From positions 126,191 through 150,190 of the forward strand of contig JAQUWL010000001.1 in assembly GCA_028692875.1 (NCBI GenBank): a stretch of 24,000 nt of DNA. The letters are read 5' to 3'. The number at the start of each line of letters is the position of its first letter. Within the stretch, counting starts at the first letter, position 1. Position numbers and translations under genes: made by a program. Source of the stretch: Sulfurospirillaceae bacterium (GTDB lineage: Bacteria > Campylobacterota > Campylobacteria > Campylobacterales > Sulfurospirillaceae). The notes beneath the pieces are model-generated. The model saw nothing but the letters and a program-made list of their open reading frames with translations. It made no database searches and was not told the origin of the DNA. This document shows positions 1-8,754 of this stretch, in pieces.

Positions 1-375
1 TTTAATTACATTTGTACCGCCAAATCGAAGTCTTGCCTCAATACGAGCTACTAAAATGTCAAAGTCAAAAGGCTTTCTTATATAGTCATCCGCACCTGCT
101 TTAAGTGCTTTTATTTCGCTCTCTTTGTCATCTTTTGCTGACAAAATAACTGCTGCCGTACGAGGGGATTTTTGTTTAATCATGCTGATTAGATCAACGC
201 CATCACCGTCTGGCAACATCCAATCCGCAAGTACTAAGTCGTAATTTCGGATACCGATATAATATTCAGCATCTTTAAAATTTTCGGAACTATCAGTTTG
301 ATATCCGAATTCCTGAAGACCTTCTGCTATGGTTTTGTTTAACGTAACCTCATCTTCTACTATTAAAATTCGCAT
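1..375 (-). CDS. hsrA: HsrA-like / OmpR-family response regulator, N-terminal receiver domain (partial, runs off the window edge)
   Basis: Reverse-strand translation from CAT at 373-375: MRILIVEDEVTLNKTIAEGLQEFGYQTDSSENFKDAEYYIGIRNYDLVLADWMLPDGDG...LSAKDDKESEIKALKAGADDYIRKPFDFDILVARIEARLRFGGTNVIK. Receiver motifs plus the 'IRNYDLV' and 'ALVARIEARLRF.G.NVI'-like segments typical of Campylobacterota HsrA. Confidence 0.8.
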   Translation of the reverse strand, partial: MRILIVEDEVTLNKTIAEGLQEFGYQTDSSENFKDAEYYIGIRNYDLVLADWMLPDGDGVDLISMIKQKSPRTAAVILSAKDDKESEIKALKAGADDYIRKPFDFDILVARIEARLRFGGTNVIK

Positions 376-453
376 TATTATTCCTTAATCTCTAAAATTT
401 AAGCGAAATTATAACATAATTTTAGCTAGATTTAAAGTTTTTTTAATAAAAAT

Positions 454-789
454 TTAATTTTTCTTATAGCTTACTTTAAGAATTGCCCCTACTGTGGCAT
501 TTTGCAAGATGTCTGGTTTTGATACGCTAATACTTAGTTTTAGTATCTGCGGATATTTTTTCTTTAAATTTTTAGAAATTTTTTTTAAAGCATCTTCTAG
601 AAGCAGATATTTTTTCTGTTGCACGTCTTGAGTGATATATTCGCAAATATCAATATAATTTATAAAAAAATTATTTTTATATTTGTAGGATATTTTTACG
701 TCAAAACAAACACGCTGAGAAGTAACTCTTTCGCTCTCCAATATCCCAATAATTGCCTCAAATATTAGATTTTTGATAAAAATTTTCAT
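454..789 (-). CDS. folB: Dihydroneopterin aldolase family protein (FolB-like); start taken at MKIFIKNL rather than the longer ORF start
   Basis: Translation MKIFIKNLIFEAIIGILESERVTSQRVCFDVKISY... with the FolB-like 'L.F...IGI...ER...Q.V..D' opening; next to plsY. Confidence 0.75.
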   Translation of the reverse strand: MKIFIKNLIFEAIIGILESERVTSQRVCFDVKISYKYKNNFFINYIDICEYITQDVQQKKYLLLEDALKKISKNLKKKYPQILKLSISVSKPDILQNATVGAILKVSYKKN

Positions 790-796
790 CATTTGC

Positions 797-1423
797 CTAT
801 ATGACTTTTGCCTCTTCATTTTTAACAAGTCTTATAATGTTTGGAATGTGTTTATATATGATGATAATAGCGATAATAATCAGTGGTGCATGTGTTTTAA
901 TGCCTTCAATCTCTGGATGAATGATAAAGGAAGAGAGCATAAACGCTACCAACGCTAAAAGCGATGACAAAGAGGATATTTTAAATATTTTCCCCACAAC
1001 AAACCATGTGATAAGTGCCACAAGCATCTCTAGAGGAAGCATAAAAAACAAAACTCCAGCCGCAGTTGCAACGCCTTTTCCGCCTTCAAACTTAAGATAT
1101 GGACTGTAGCAGTGCCCCAAGATAGCAAAAATAGAAATGGCCCACAAAGTAGCCTCGCTAAGACCTATTAGGGTACCAACAATTAGAATTAAAACGCCCT
1201 TTAGTGCATCCAAAAGAAGTGTGGCAATTGCTAGTTTTTTTGCCAATGTAGGATTTGTCTCCTTTATGGCTCTTAGAACATTTGTAGCTCCAATGCTTCC
1301 GCTACCTGCATTTCTAATGTCAAAATCAGCAAATTTTTTCGCCAACAGCAATCCAAATGGTATGCCACCCACTAGATAACTTAATATATAAAATTGTACA
1401 TTGATGTTAAAAAGTGCGTCCAT
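797..1423 (-). CDS. plsY: Acyl-phosphate glycerol-3-phosphate acyltransferase PlsY
   Basis: Multi-pass protein with 'GSGSIGATNVLR', 'GHCYSPYLKFEGGKGVATAAGV' and 'IRLV' motifs of PlsY (DUF205). Confidence 0.93.
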   Translation of the reverse strand: MDALFNINVQFYILSYLVGGIPFGLLLAKKFADFDIRNAGSGSIGATNVLRAIKETNPTLAKKLAIATLLLDALKGVLILIVGTLIGLSEATLWAISIFAILGHCYSPYLKFEGGKGVATAAGVLFFMLPLEMLVALITWFVVGKIFKISSLSSLLALVAFMLSSFIIHPEIEGIKTHAPLIIIAIIIIYKHIPNIIRLVKNEEAKVI

Positions 1424-1496
1424 ATATTATCCTTATTTTGCAATCGCAAAATTATATCAGTTGTTTGGTTATTGTTGCCTTTAACATTGCTTTTGC

Positions 1497-1502
1497 TATA
1501 AT
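1497..1502 (+). promoter_or_regulatory. Candidate sigma70 -10 box (TATAAT) upstream of nadA in the plsY/nadA divergent intergenic region
   Basis: Exact TATAAT ('ttttgcTATAATttgag') 41 nt upstream of the nadA TTG start, in an AT-rich divergent intergenic region. Confidence 0.5.
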
Positions 1503-1542
1503 TTGAGACATTTTAATTTACTAATATTTAAAGGATTTTTAG

Positions 1543-2535
1543 TTGATTTTAGAGTCTTTAAAAGATGATATTTTAGCACTTAAAAAAGAGCTACATGTAA
1601 GCATTGTTGCTCATTTTTATCAAAAAGATGAAGTTTTTAATATTGCGGATTTTGTGGGCGATTCTTTGCAATTGGCACAATGGGCATCCAAAGATGCAAA
1701 TCCTTACCTTCTTTTTTGCGGTGTTGGTTTTATGGGGCAAAGCGTGAAGATATTGGCTCCTCAAAAGAGAGTTTTTATGCCCCGCATTGCATGTTGTGCT
1801 ATGGCTCGTATGATAGACGTAGATTATTTTGATGCCAATGTTAAGCTACTGAATGATGCTGGAATTTTAGATAAAAATATTTTGCCAATTACCTATATAA
1901 ACTCTTCTGCGGAAGTAAAGGCAAGAGTTGGTCAAATGGGCGGTATGGTTTGTACCAGCTCCAATGCAAAAAAGATAATCACTCAAGCGCTTAAGAGTGG
2001 CAAAAAGATATTTTTTGTGCCTGATTGTTGTTTGGGGCAAAATATCGCTATTGAAATGGGTTTAAAATCCGCAGTTATTGGCAAGGATGCTGATTTTGCA
2101 AAAGCAGACATTATCTGCTACAACGGTTTTTGCTCGGTTCATCAACTTTTTGATGTTGAAGATATAGCATTTTATCGTCAAAAATATCCAAATATTAAAA
2201 TAGCAACTCATCCTGAATGCAAACCAGAGGTGTGTCAGTTGTCAGATTTTGTAGGCTCGACCAGTCAGATTATTGAGTATGTCAAAGGTTTGCCGTTGGA
2301 GCAAAAAGTGGCTATTGGAACTGAGTACAATATGATTAAAAGGTTGAGAAAAGACAACACTTATGTTCTCTCTTCGACAAAGCCAGAGTGTCCAACGATG
2401 AACGAAACAACGCTGCAAGATGTATACAATACGCTTCTTTCTATCAAGGATGGGCGTTTTGAAAATGAAATAACGCTTGATGAAGAAACAAGAAAGTGGG
2501 CATATGTTGCCTTGAACAGGATGTTTGAATTATGA
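1543..2535 (+). CDS. nadA: Quinolinate synthase NadA (TTG start)
   Basis: 'HFYQKDEV..IADFVGDSLQLAQWA', 'CGVGFMGQSVKIL', 'ADIICYNGFCSVHQLF', 'THPECKPEV' motifs; immediately followed by nadC. Confidence 0.95.
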   Translation: MILESLKDDILALKKELHVSIVAHFYQKDEVFNIADFVGDSLQLAQWASKDANPYLLFCGVGFMGQSVKILAPQKRVFMPRIACCAMARMIDVDYFDANVKLLNDAGILDKNILPITYINSSAEVKARVGQMGGMVCTSSNAKKIITQALKSGKKIFFVPDCCLGQNIAIEMGLKSAVIGKDADFAKADIICYNGFCSVHQLFDVEDIAFYRQKYPNIKIATHPECKPEVCQLSDFVGSTSQIIEYVKGLPLEQKVAIGTEYNMIKRLRKDNTYVLSSTKPECPTMNETTLQDVYNTLLSIKDGRFENEITLDEETRKWAYVALNRMFEL

Positions 2536-3353
2536 TAAAACAGTTTGTATTGGATGCTCTCAAAGAAGATATTGGCAGAGGTGATTTGTTTAGTTTGGTG
2601 GCACAAGATGGTATTTGTGATGCAAAAATCATCGCTAAAGAAGAGGGAATTTTAGCTGGCGAGGTCTATGCGAAAGCGTTGTGTGAAGCCAAAAATATTG
2701 AGATTGTGTTCAATTTAGGCGATGGAGAAAAAATCGCCAAAAATGATGTGATAGCAACTCTTAACGGAGATATAAAAACACTACTTATTTGTGAAAGAAC
2801 GCTTTTAAACCTACTTCAGCATGCCAGCGGAATCGCTACAAATACCTATGCCTTCAAGAAGGCTTTGGGAGAGAGCAATATTAAACTTTTGGATACACGA
2901 AAAACACGACCGTTGCTACGAAATTTTGAAAAATACGCTGTACGATGTGGCGGTGGCTACAACCATCGAATGGGGCTTGATGATTGTTTGATGCTTAAAG
3001 ACACGCATCTTAAAACCATACCAAACCTCAAAGAGTTTATGACTAAGTGTAGAGAAAAATTGCCCTTTACATGTAAGGTTGAGATAGAGTGCGAAGATGT
3101 CGCTTTTTCTAAAGAGGCGATGGAGTGCGGGGCTGATATCGTTATGTGTGACAATATGAATGAAAAACAAATATGTGAAGTAGTGGCGATAAGAGATGAG
3201 TTTTTTAAGCATGTGTTGATAGAAATTAGTGGCAATGTTACAAAAGAAAATATTGCCAAATATGCTACATGTAGAGCTGATGCCATAAGTAGTGGTAGTT
3301 TGATTCATCATGCGGTATGGCTTGATTTTTCTATGAAAATCACTAGCAAATAG
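2532..3353 (+). CDS. nadC: Nicotinate-nucleotide pyrophosphorylase (carboxylating) NadC
   Basis: 'EDIGRGDLFS', 'LLNLLQHASGIAT', 'LLDTRKTRPLLRNFEKYAVRCGGGYNHRMGL', 'ISGNVTKENI' motifs; overlaps the nadA stop codon. Confidence 0.95.
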   Translation: MIKQFVLDALKEDIGRGDLFSLVAQDGICDAKIIAKEEGILAGEVYAKALCEAKNIEIVFNLGDGEKIAKNDVIATLNGDIKTLLICERTLLNLLQHASGIATNTYAFKKALGESNIKLLDTRKTRPLLRNFEKYAVRCGGGYNHRMGLDDCLMLKDTHLKTIPNLKEFMTKCREKLPFTCKVEIECEDVAFSKEAMECGADIVMCDNMNEKQICEVVAIRDEFFKHVLIEISGNVTKENIAKYATCRADAISSGSLIHHAVWLDFSMKITSK

Positions 3354-3376
3354 TCTTTACATGTAAGGAATAAATA

Positions 3377-4444
3377 GTGGCTGATGATCAAGAAAAGACA
3401 GAAGAGGCCAGTTCTAAAAAGATAGAAGACGCAAGAAAAGAGGGCAATGTTCCTAAGAGTCAAGATGCTAGTAGTTTTGTGACTTTGGTGGTCGGTATCA
3501 GTGTTTTAATTGCTCTTTTTGTGTTTATTAAAAATAGAATGGTCGGTCTTTATCTATATTATCAGGCATTTTATTTTGTGGATTTAGACAAAAATAGTAT
3601 TTTGCAACTCTCTATGGTAACTTTTCGAGAAGTTATTTTTATGGTTATTCCTCTTGCTGTTGCAGTTGCCATCGCCGGTGTTTTAGCCGGTGTTATGCAG
3701 ATAGGATTTCTTTTTTCATCCAAGCCTTTAGTTCCTGATTTGAAAAAGATTGATCCTATAAAAGGGCTTAAAAATCTTATATCTATGAAAAAGATGATTG
3801 AGTCGCTCAAGATGATTATAAAAGTCTCGATGGTAATGTGGATAGCTTACTATTTTATTTTAACATTTGTAAAAGAGTTGCCTACAGTTATCTTTTTTCC
3901 TATTTTTGATCAACTTGATTGGCTTAAGAGCAAAGCGATGATTTTAGGCTCTGTTATGTTAATTCTTTTTTTGGCTCTTGCATTGTTTGATTTGATGTTT
4001 GTGCGGTATAACTATTTTAAAGATTTACGCATGAGCAAACAAGAGGTAAAAGATGAATACAAGCAGATGGAGGGCGACCCTCAGATTAAAGCAAGAATTC
4101 GAAGAATTCAAATAGAGATGACTCGAAAACGGATGATGCAAGAAGTTCCTCAAGCTGATGTGGTTATAACAAACCCAACTCACTTTGCAGTAGCCATTCG
4201 TTACAATCAAGAAAAAGAGGATGCTCCTAAAGTTGTGGCGAAGGGGACAGACTTTTTGGCGTTAAAGATTAAAGAAATTGCTATGAATTACAATATTCAA
4301 ATCGTTGAAAATCCTCCTTTAGCTAGAGAGTTGTATAAAAAGTGTGATATCAATGCGACTATTCCTGAAAATCTATATAAAGCAGTGGCTGAGGTTTTGG
4401 CATTTGTTTACAAAACATCCAAAAAAGGCTCCACAAACAAATAG
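3377..4444 (+). CDS. flhB: Flagellar biosynthesis protein FlhB
   Basis: 'EKTEEASSKKIEDARKEGNVPKSQD' N-terminus, four TM segments, and the NPTH autocleavage motif ('VVITNPTHFAVAIRY'). Confidence 0.95.
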   Translation: MADDQEKTEEASSKKIEDARKEGNVPKSQDASSFVTLVVGISVLIALFVFIKNRMVGLYLYYQAFYFVDLDKNSILQLSMVTFREVIFMVIPLAVAVAIAGVLAGVMQIGFLFSSKPLVPDLKKIDPIKGLKNLISMKKMIESLKMIIKVSMVMWIAYYFILTFVKELPTVIFFPIFDQLDWLKSKAMILGSVMLILFLALALFDLMFVRYNYFKDLRMSKQEVKDEYKQMEGDPQIKARIRRIQIEMTRKRMMQEVPQADVVITNPTHFAVAIRYNQEKEDAPKVVAKGTDFLALKIKEIAMNYNIQIVENPPLARELYKKCDINATIPENLYKAVAEVLAFVYKTSKKGSTNK

Positions 4445-4476
4445 CCATTCTCAATAATTTTTCAGTCAATTTTAAG

Positions 4477-4482
4477 TATAAT
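4477..4482 (+). promoter_or_regulatory. Candidate -10 box (TATAAT) upstream of the nrnA-like gene
   Basis: Exact TATAAT in 'ttaagTATAATattgac', about 28 nt upstream of the preferred start codon. Confidence 0.45.
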
Positions 4483-4509
4483 ATTGACTTTGAATAAATG
4501 GGAGATGCT

Positions 4510-5451
4510 ATGTACAAACAAGCATGGAAAAAGATGCTTGAAGCAAAACATATTCTTCTAGTATCACATGTTCATCCTGATGGAGATACTCTTGGAAGTG
4601 TTTTGGGATTGTATGATGTACTTAAAAAGCAGAAAAAAAAAGTTACTGCATATAACGATGCTAAAGTTTTGCCCCAGATTTATGACTTTTTGCCCCATTT
4701 TTCAAGCATAAAATGCAATATGCCAGAAGATGTTGACTTGGTTGTTTGTTGCGATTGTGGAAGCTTTGATAGACTAAAAATTGCTCGAAGCAACTATGAA
4801 ATTATAAACATAGACCATCATACAACAAATACCATGTTTGGCGATATAAATGTTGTTAACGATACTTTTTCAAGTGCCGGAATGGTTGTATATGAGCTTT
4901 TGATAACCAACAGAGTAAACATTTCAAAAGAGTGTGCAACGGCTCTGTATACATCAGTAGCGGAAGATACGGGATTTTTCTTGTACGGAAATGTGAATGC
5001 TATGACTTTTTTTGTAGCTTCAAAATTGGTCAGCTTTGGAGCCAATCCGCAAGAGATTGCCCATAATCTGAAACAAAGAGAGTCTTTAGCAAAGATTCGT
5101 TTATATGGTCATATGTTAAGTAATTTTGAGTTACATGTACAAGGGCAAATCGCCTCAATCGTGATAGATAAAAACATTTTAAGCGCCACGGGTGCAAATA
5201 TTGCCGACACAAAAAATAGTGTCTCAATGTTGAGAAATATGGCTTGCGTTAAGGTAGCTTTTATGCTTGTAGAAAAAGAGGATGGCTATAAAGTCTCAAT
5301 GCGAAGCAAAGATGCTTTTGATATTTCTAGCATAGCCTCTAGCTTTGGTGGCGGTGGACACAAAAACGCCTCTGGATTTGAGTGTGAAGGGCTGGATGCT
5401 TCAATTCTTAAGGCGATGATAATAAAAAAAATAAAAAAGGTTATTGAATGA
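4510..5451 (+). CDS. nrnA: DHH/DHHA1 family phosphoesterase (NrnA-like oligoribonuclease / pAp phosphatase). ORF can also start at 4498; GGAG at 4501-4504 favours 4510
   Basis: 'HVHPDGDTLGS', 'VVCCDCGSFDR', 'NIDHHTTN', 'TALYTSVAEDTG' and 'FGGGGHKNASGF' motifs of DHH-DHHA1 proteins. Confidence 0.88.
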   Translation: MYKQAWKKMLEAKHILLVSHVHPDGDTLGSVLGLYDVLKKQKKKVTAYNDAKVLPQIYDFLPHFSSIKCNMPEDVDLVVCCDCGSFDRLKIARSNYEIINIDHHTTNTMFGDINVVNDTFSSAGMVVYELLITNRVNISKECATALYTSVAEDTGFFLYGNVNAMTFFVASKLVSFGANPQEIAHNLKQRESLAKIRLYGHMLSNFELHVQGQIASIVIDKNILSATGANIADTKNSVSMLRNMACVKVAFMLVEKEDGYKVSMRSKDAFDISSIASSFGGGGHKNASGFECEGLDASILKAMIIKKIKKVIE

Positions 5452-6818
5452 TGAAAAGAAAAAACAACTTTATGATAGTTCTTTTATTGCTATTTTTGGC
5501 GACATTTGTAGGACTTTTTTTCTATATTTATAGCTCATCTTTTTTTGAAAGAGAAGCTCCTATAGTGCATTTGCCAAATAAAGTGGATTGGAACTTAAAA
5601 GACCCACTTAAGGTAAAAGTAGAGGACAACAGAGCCCTTAGATTTGTGCGAGCAATGTTGGCAGATGGTCAAAATACTATAACTTTGGATAAAAAAGAGA
5701 TAACTAATGGCGAGAGAACTATTGAGCTTGGCATTACGATGCCAAAGACAGGCTTTACTGCCAATAAAAAGAGTTTCGAATTGATTGTTGAGGCTGTTGA
5801 TGCAAGCAAATGGAACTTTTTTTCTGGCAATAAAACAGTTCAAAAAACAACAGTTTATATTGATACAAAACGCCCAGAAGTCTCTGTTTTGTCAAACTCA
5901 TATAAGATTATTAGAGGTGGTGTAGCAACAGTTATTTTTAGGGCTCAAGATGAAAATATGAAACAATTATACATTGAGACATCTTCTGGAAAAAGGTTTT
6001 ATCCCACTCCTTTTTACGGAGACAATTATTATATATCATTATTGGCTTGGCCTAGCATTGAAGAAAAATTTAGTGCTAGTGTAATAGCTGTAGATAGAGC
6101 TGGAAACAGCACAAAGGCTCACATTCCATATTTTTTACAAGATAAAAAATATAAAGCTTCTATGTTGCAACTCAAAGATGCTTTTTTGGATGGAAAAATA
6201 AAAGAGATGGTGGATGATTTTGGTACGCCAGAGATTATAAAAGCGGATAAATTGGAAAAGTTTAAATTTGTTAATGAGACATTGCGAAAAGCCAATGAGA
6301 CTATTATCTCAAAGATGGCTTCCCCTGTTCCAACAGAGAAAATAACGGATTTTACAATTAAGCCTTTTTATCCACTAAAAAATGGTGCTGCTGTAGCAAG
6401 TTTTGGAGATCACAGATTGTATGAGTATGACAAAGTGCCTGTTAGTGAGTCATATCATGTTGGTATTGATCTAGCAAGTACGGCACAAGCAAATATTCAA
6501 GTCTCTAGTGACGGAGTTGTAGTTTATGCCCAAGAAAATGGCATATATGGCGGAAATATGATTATATCTCATGGTTTGGGTGTTTACTCTTTGTATGGGC
6601 ATTGCTCGACATTCCTTGCAAAAGAGGGCGATACTGTAAAAAGTGGAGATGTAATAGCTAAAACAGGAGTTACAGGATTGGCACTTGGAGATCATTTGCA
6701 TTTTGGTATATTGGTTCAAGGTGTCGAAGTTAGACCGGAAGAGTGGATGGATAAGTCTTGGCTTGAAGATAATATTTATGGTGTTATAAAGGCTGCAAAA
6801 AAGATAATAGACAAATGA
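5448..6818 (+). CDS. M23 family peptidoglycan endopeptidase, membrane anchored
   Basis: N-terminal TM segment; LytM motifs 'HVGIDLAS', 'GNMIISHG...YSLYGHCS', 'GDVIAKTGVTGLALGDHLHFGILV'. Confidence 0.92.
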   Translation: MMKRKNNFMIVLLLLFLATFVGLFFYIYSSSFFEREAPIVHLPNKVDWNLKDPLKVKVEDNRALRFVRAMLADGQNTITLDKKEITNGERTIELGITMPKTGFTANKKSFELIVEAVDASKWNFFSGNKTVQKTTVYIDTKRPEVSVLSNSYKIIRGGVATVIFRAQDENMKQLYIETSSGKRFYPTPFYGDNYYISLLAWPSIEEKFSASVIAVDRAGNSTKAHIPYFLQDKKYKASMLQLKDAFLDGKIKEMVDDFGTPEIIKADKLEKFKFVNETLRKANETIISKMASPVPTEKITDFTIKPFYPLKNGAAVASFGDHRLYEYDKVPVSESYHVGIDLASTAQANIQVSSDGVVVYAQENGIYGGNMIISHGLGVYSLYGHCSTFLAKEGDTVKSGDVIAKTGVTGLALGDHLHFGILVQGVEVRPEEWMDKSWLEDNIYGVIKAAKKIIDK

Positions 6819-7408
6819 AAGTAACGCAAAAAAATCTAAGAGTGTTTCATATTTTGGTTAATGAAGAGACTGCTTTTTTGGACTATTTCAATAAAAATAG
6901 TGTATTATTGAAGGAATTCTTTTTGCTTTTAGAAGGAAGAGTTACGCCAAAAATATGCTCTATTTTGGATAAGGCTCAAGTCTGTTATAAAGATATAAGC
7001 AGTTGTTCATTGCGCCTTAGTGGTGTAAAAAAAGATGAATTGCCCGCTCAAGAACAAAAGGGAATAGAGCAAAAAGAGCCTATCGCTACTTCAAAAGAGG
7101 GCTTGAAGCTTAAAGTATATGATAGACCTATTCGCTCTGGCGAAGAGATTTCTCAAGATGTTCCAGTTGTTATTTTTGGTCGTATAAATAGTGGCTCAAA
7201 ACTTTTTTGCCAAGATAGCGTGAGCGTTTATGGTGTAATAGACGGTCTTGTGCAGTGCGATGGAGAGTATATGGTGCTAAATGGTATCGGCGAGAGAGGA
7301 AATGTTATTTTTAATGGCGAGATTATTGAGAAAGAGAGTGTAAAACATAATGTTTTGCAAAAAATTACCATTCGCAACCATAGAGTCGAAATAAAGGAAG
7401 TTGTTTGA
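6815..7408 (+). CDS. minC: Septum site-determining protein MinC
   Basis: C-terminal 'RPIRSGEEISQD.PVVIFGRINSGSKLFCQDSVSVYGVIDGLVQCDGEYM' beta-helix domain typical of MinC; overlaps lpxC. Confidence 0.85.
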   Translation: MKVTQKNLRVFHILVNEETAFLDYFNKNSVLLKEFFLLLEGRVTPKICSILDKAQVCYKDISSCSLRLSGVKKDELPAQEQKGIEQKEPIATSKEGLKLKVYDRPIRSGEEISQDVPVVIFGRINSGSKLFCQDSVSVYGVIDGLVQCDGEYMVLNGIGERGNVIFNGEIIEKESVKHNVLQKITIRNHRVEIKEVV

Positions 7409-8289
7409 GACAAACCACCATAACCAAATCAGTTAGTGGCGTTGGTATAGGATTGCACAAGGGCGAACCTATACAAATAACGCTAGAGCCGATGGAGGCC
7501 GATGGTGGTATAGTGTTTTATAGAAAAGATGTAGAACTTAGCGTTAAAGCGGTGCCAACTAATGTTGTAAATACGCAAATGGCAACAGTTATAGGTAATT
7601 CATCACACTACATATCAACGATAGAGCATCTTTTGTCTGCTATTTACGCATATGGCATTGACAATATCAGAATCGTTCTAGATGGTGCAGAAGTTCCGGT
7701 TATGGATGGCAGTAGTGCTAGTTTTTGTATGATGTTAGATGAAGCCGAAACTAGAGAGCTTCAAGTACGAAAAAATATTTTAATTATTAAGCGTGAAGTT
7801 GAGGTTAGAGATGGTCAAAAATACGCTAAAGTATACCCCTCTCTAAGCCCATCTTACTCCTTTGCGATAGAGTTTAACCATCCCGTAATAGGTCGACAAG
7901 AACATCATTTTGAATTTAGCAAGAAAAACTTTTTAGAGGAGATTGCTAGAGCACGTACGTTTGGATTTTTAAAAGATGTACAGATGCTAAGAAGCAGAGG
8001 ATTGGCACTTGGAGGCTCATTGGATAATGCGGTTGTGATGGATGATAAGAAAATTTTAAATCCAGAAGGGCTACGTTATTCAAACGAGTTTGTGCGTCAT
8101 AAGATTTTAGATGCTATTGGCGATTTGGCATTGCTGGGTGCCCCATTTATAGGAAACTACGAGTCATTTGCTGGAAGTCATCATCTTAACCATGAGTTGA
8201 CCAAGGAGATTTTGAAAGATCCTAGCAACTATGAAATCAAAAGTTCATCTGCTGAGATGGCACAAGAGTTTAAAAAGGTGTTTGCATAA
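7405..8289 (+). CDS. lpxC: UDP-3-O-acyl-N-acetylglucosamine deacetylase LpxC
   Basis: 'TITKSVSGVGIGLHKG', 'ISTIEHLLSAIYAYGIDN', 'MDGSSASFC', 'VRHKILDAIGDLALLG', 'GSHHLNHEL' motifs. Confidence 0.96.
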   Translation: MRQTTITKSVSGVGIGLHKGEPIQITLEPMEADGGIVFYRKDVELSVKAVPTNVVNTQMATVIGNSSHYISTIEHLLSAIYAYGIDNIRIVLDGAEVPVMDGSSASFCMMLDEAETRELQVRKNILIIKREVEVRDGQKYAKVYPSLSPSYSFAIEFNHPVIGRQEHHFEFSKKNFLEEIARARTFGFLKDVQMLRSRGLALGGSLDNAVVMDDKKILNPEGLRYSNEFVRHKILDAIGDLALLGAPFIGNYESFAGSHHLNHELTKEILKDPSNYEIKSSSAEMAQEFKKVFA

Positions 8290-8744
8290 AGCCTAAAGTT
8301 GAAATAGCGGTTATTTCGCTATCTTCGCCATTATTGGTGGGGGTTTATAAAAACAATATACTCATAAGAAGCTACAACTCAGACGAGAAAACAAGCGATG
8401 CTTTGCCTAAAATGTTCAAAGAAATTTTAGAAAATTTCATCTGCTCAAAACTTTTTTTCTTGAGAGGTCCAGGAAGTTTTATGGCAATCAAGATTACTTA
8501 TGTTTTTTTAAAAACGATTTCTATCGCAACAGGTGCAAAACTCTATGCGAGCGATGGCTTTACATGTAATGACAATCAACCGATTAAAGCACTAAAAAAC
8601 TTATATTTCATCAAGGAAAATGATGAGATAAAGACAAAAATATTCACGCAAGAGATACCTCAAATCTTTTTTTTGCCTGAGTGTTTAGACGAAACGCTTT
8701 TCAACCAAGAGATTGAGCCTCTATATGTACTTCCAGCGGTTTAG
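8286..8744 (+). CDS. tsaB: TsaB-like tRNA threonylcarbamoyladenosine biosynthesis protein (short form); canonical-start ORF is 8334-8744 but the reading frame and family-like N-terminus extend to about 8286
   Basis: 'LFFLRGPGSFMAIKITYVFLKTISIATG' matches the TsaB 'GPGSFTGLRIG...KGLA' region; upstream in-frame translation IKPKVEIAVISLSSPLLVGVYKNN resembles the family N-terminal strands. No ATG/GTG/TTG is available before 8334. Confidence 0.65.
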   Translation: MKPKVEIAVISLSSPLLVGVYKNNILIRSYNSDEKTSDALPKMFKEILENFICSKLFFLRGPGSFMAIKITYVFLKTISIATGAKLYASDGFTCNDNQPIKALKNLYFIKENDEIKTKIFTQEIPQIFFLPECLDETLFNQEIEPLYVLPAV

Positions 8745-8754
8745 GAGAAGTTGA

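Noticed and set aside
2361-3311. Antisense ORFs over nadA/nadC (2361-2606, 2444-2632, 2916-3311, 2957-3286)
   Set aside because: Shadow ORFs opposite confidently assigned nadA and nadC.
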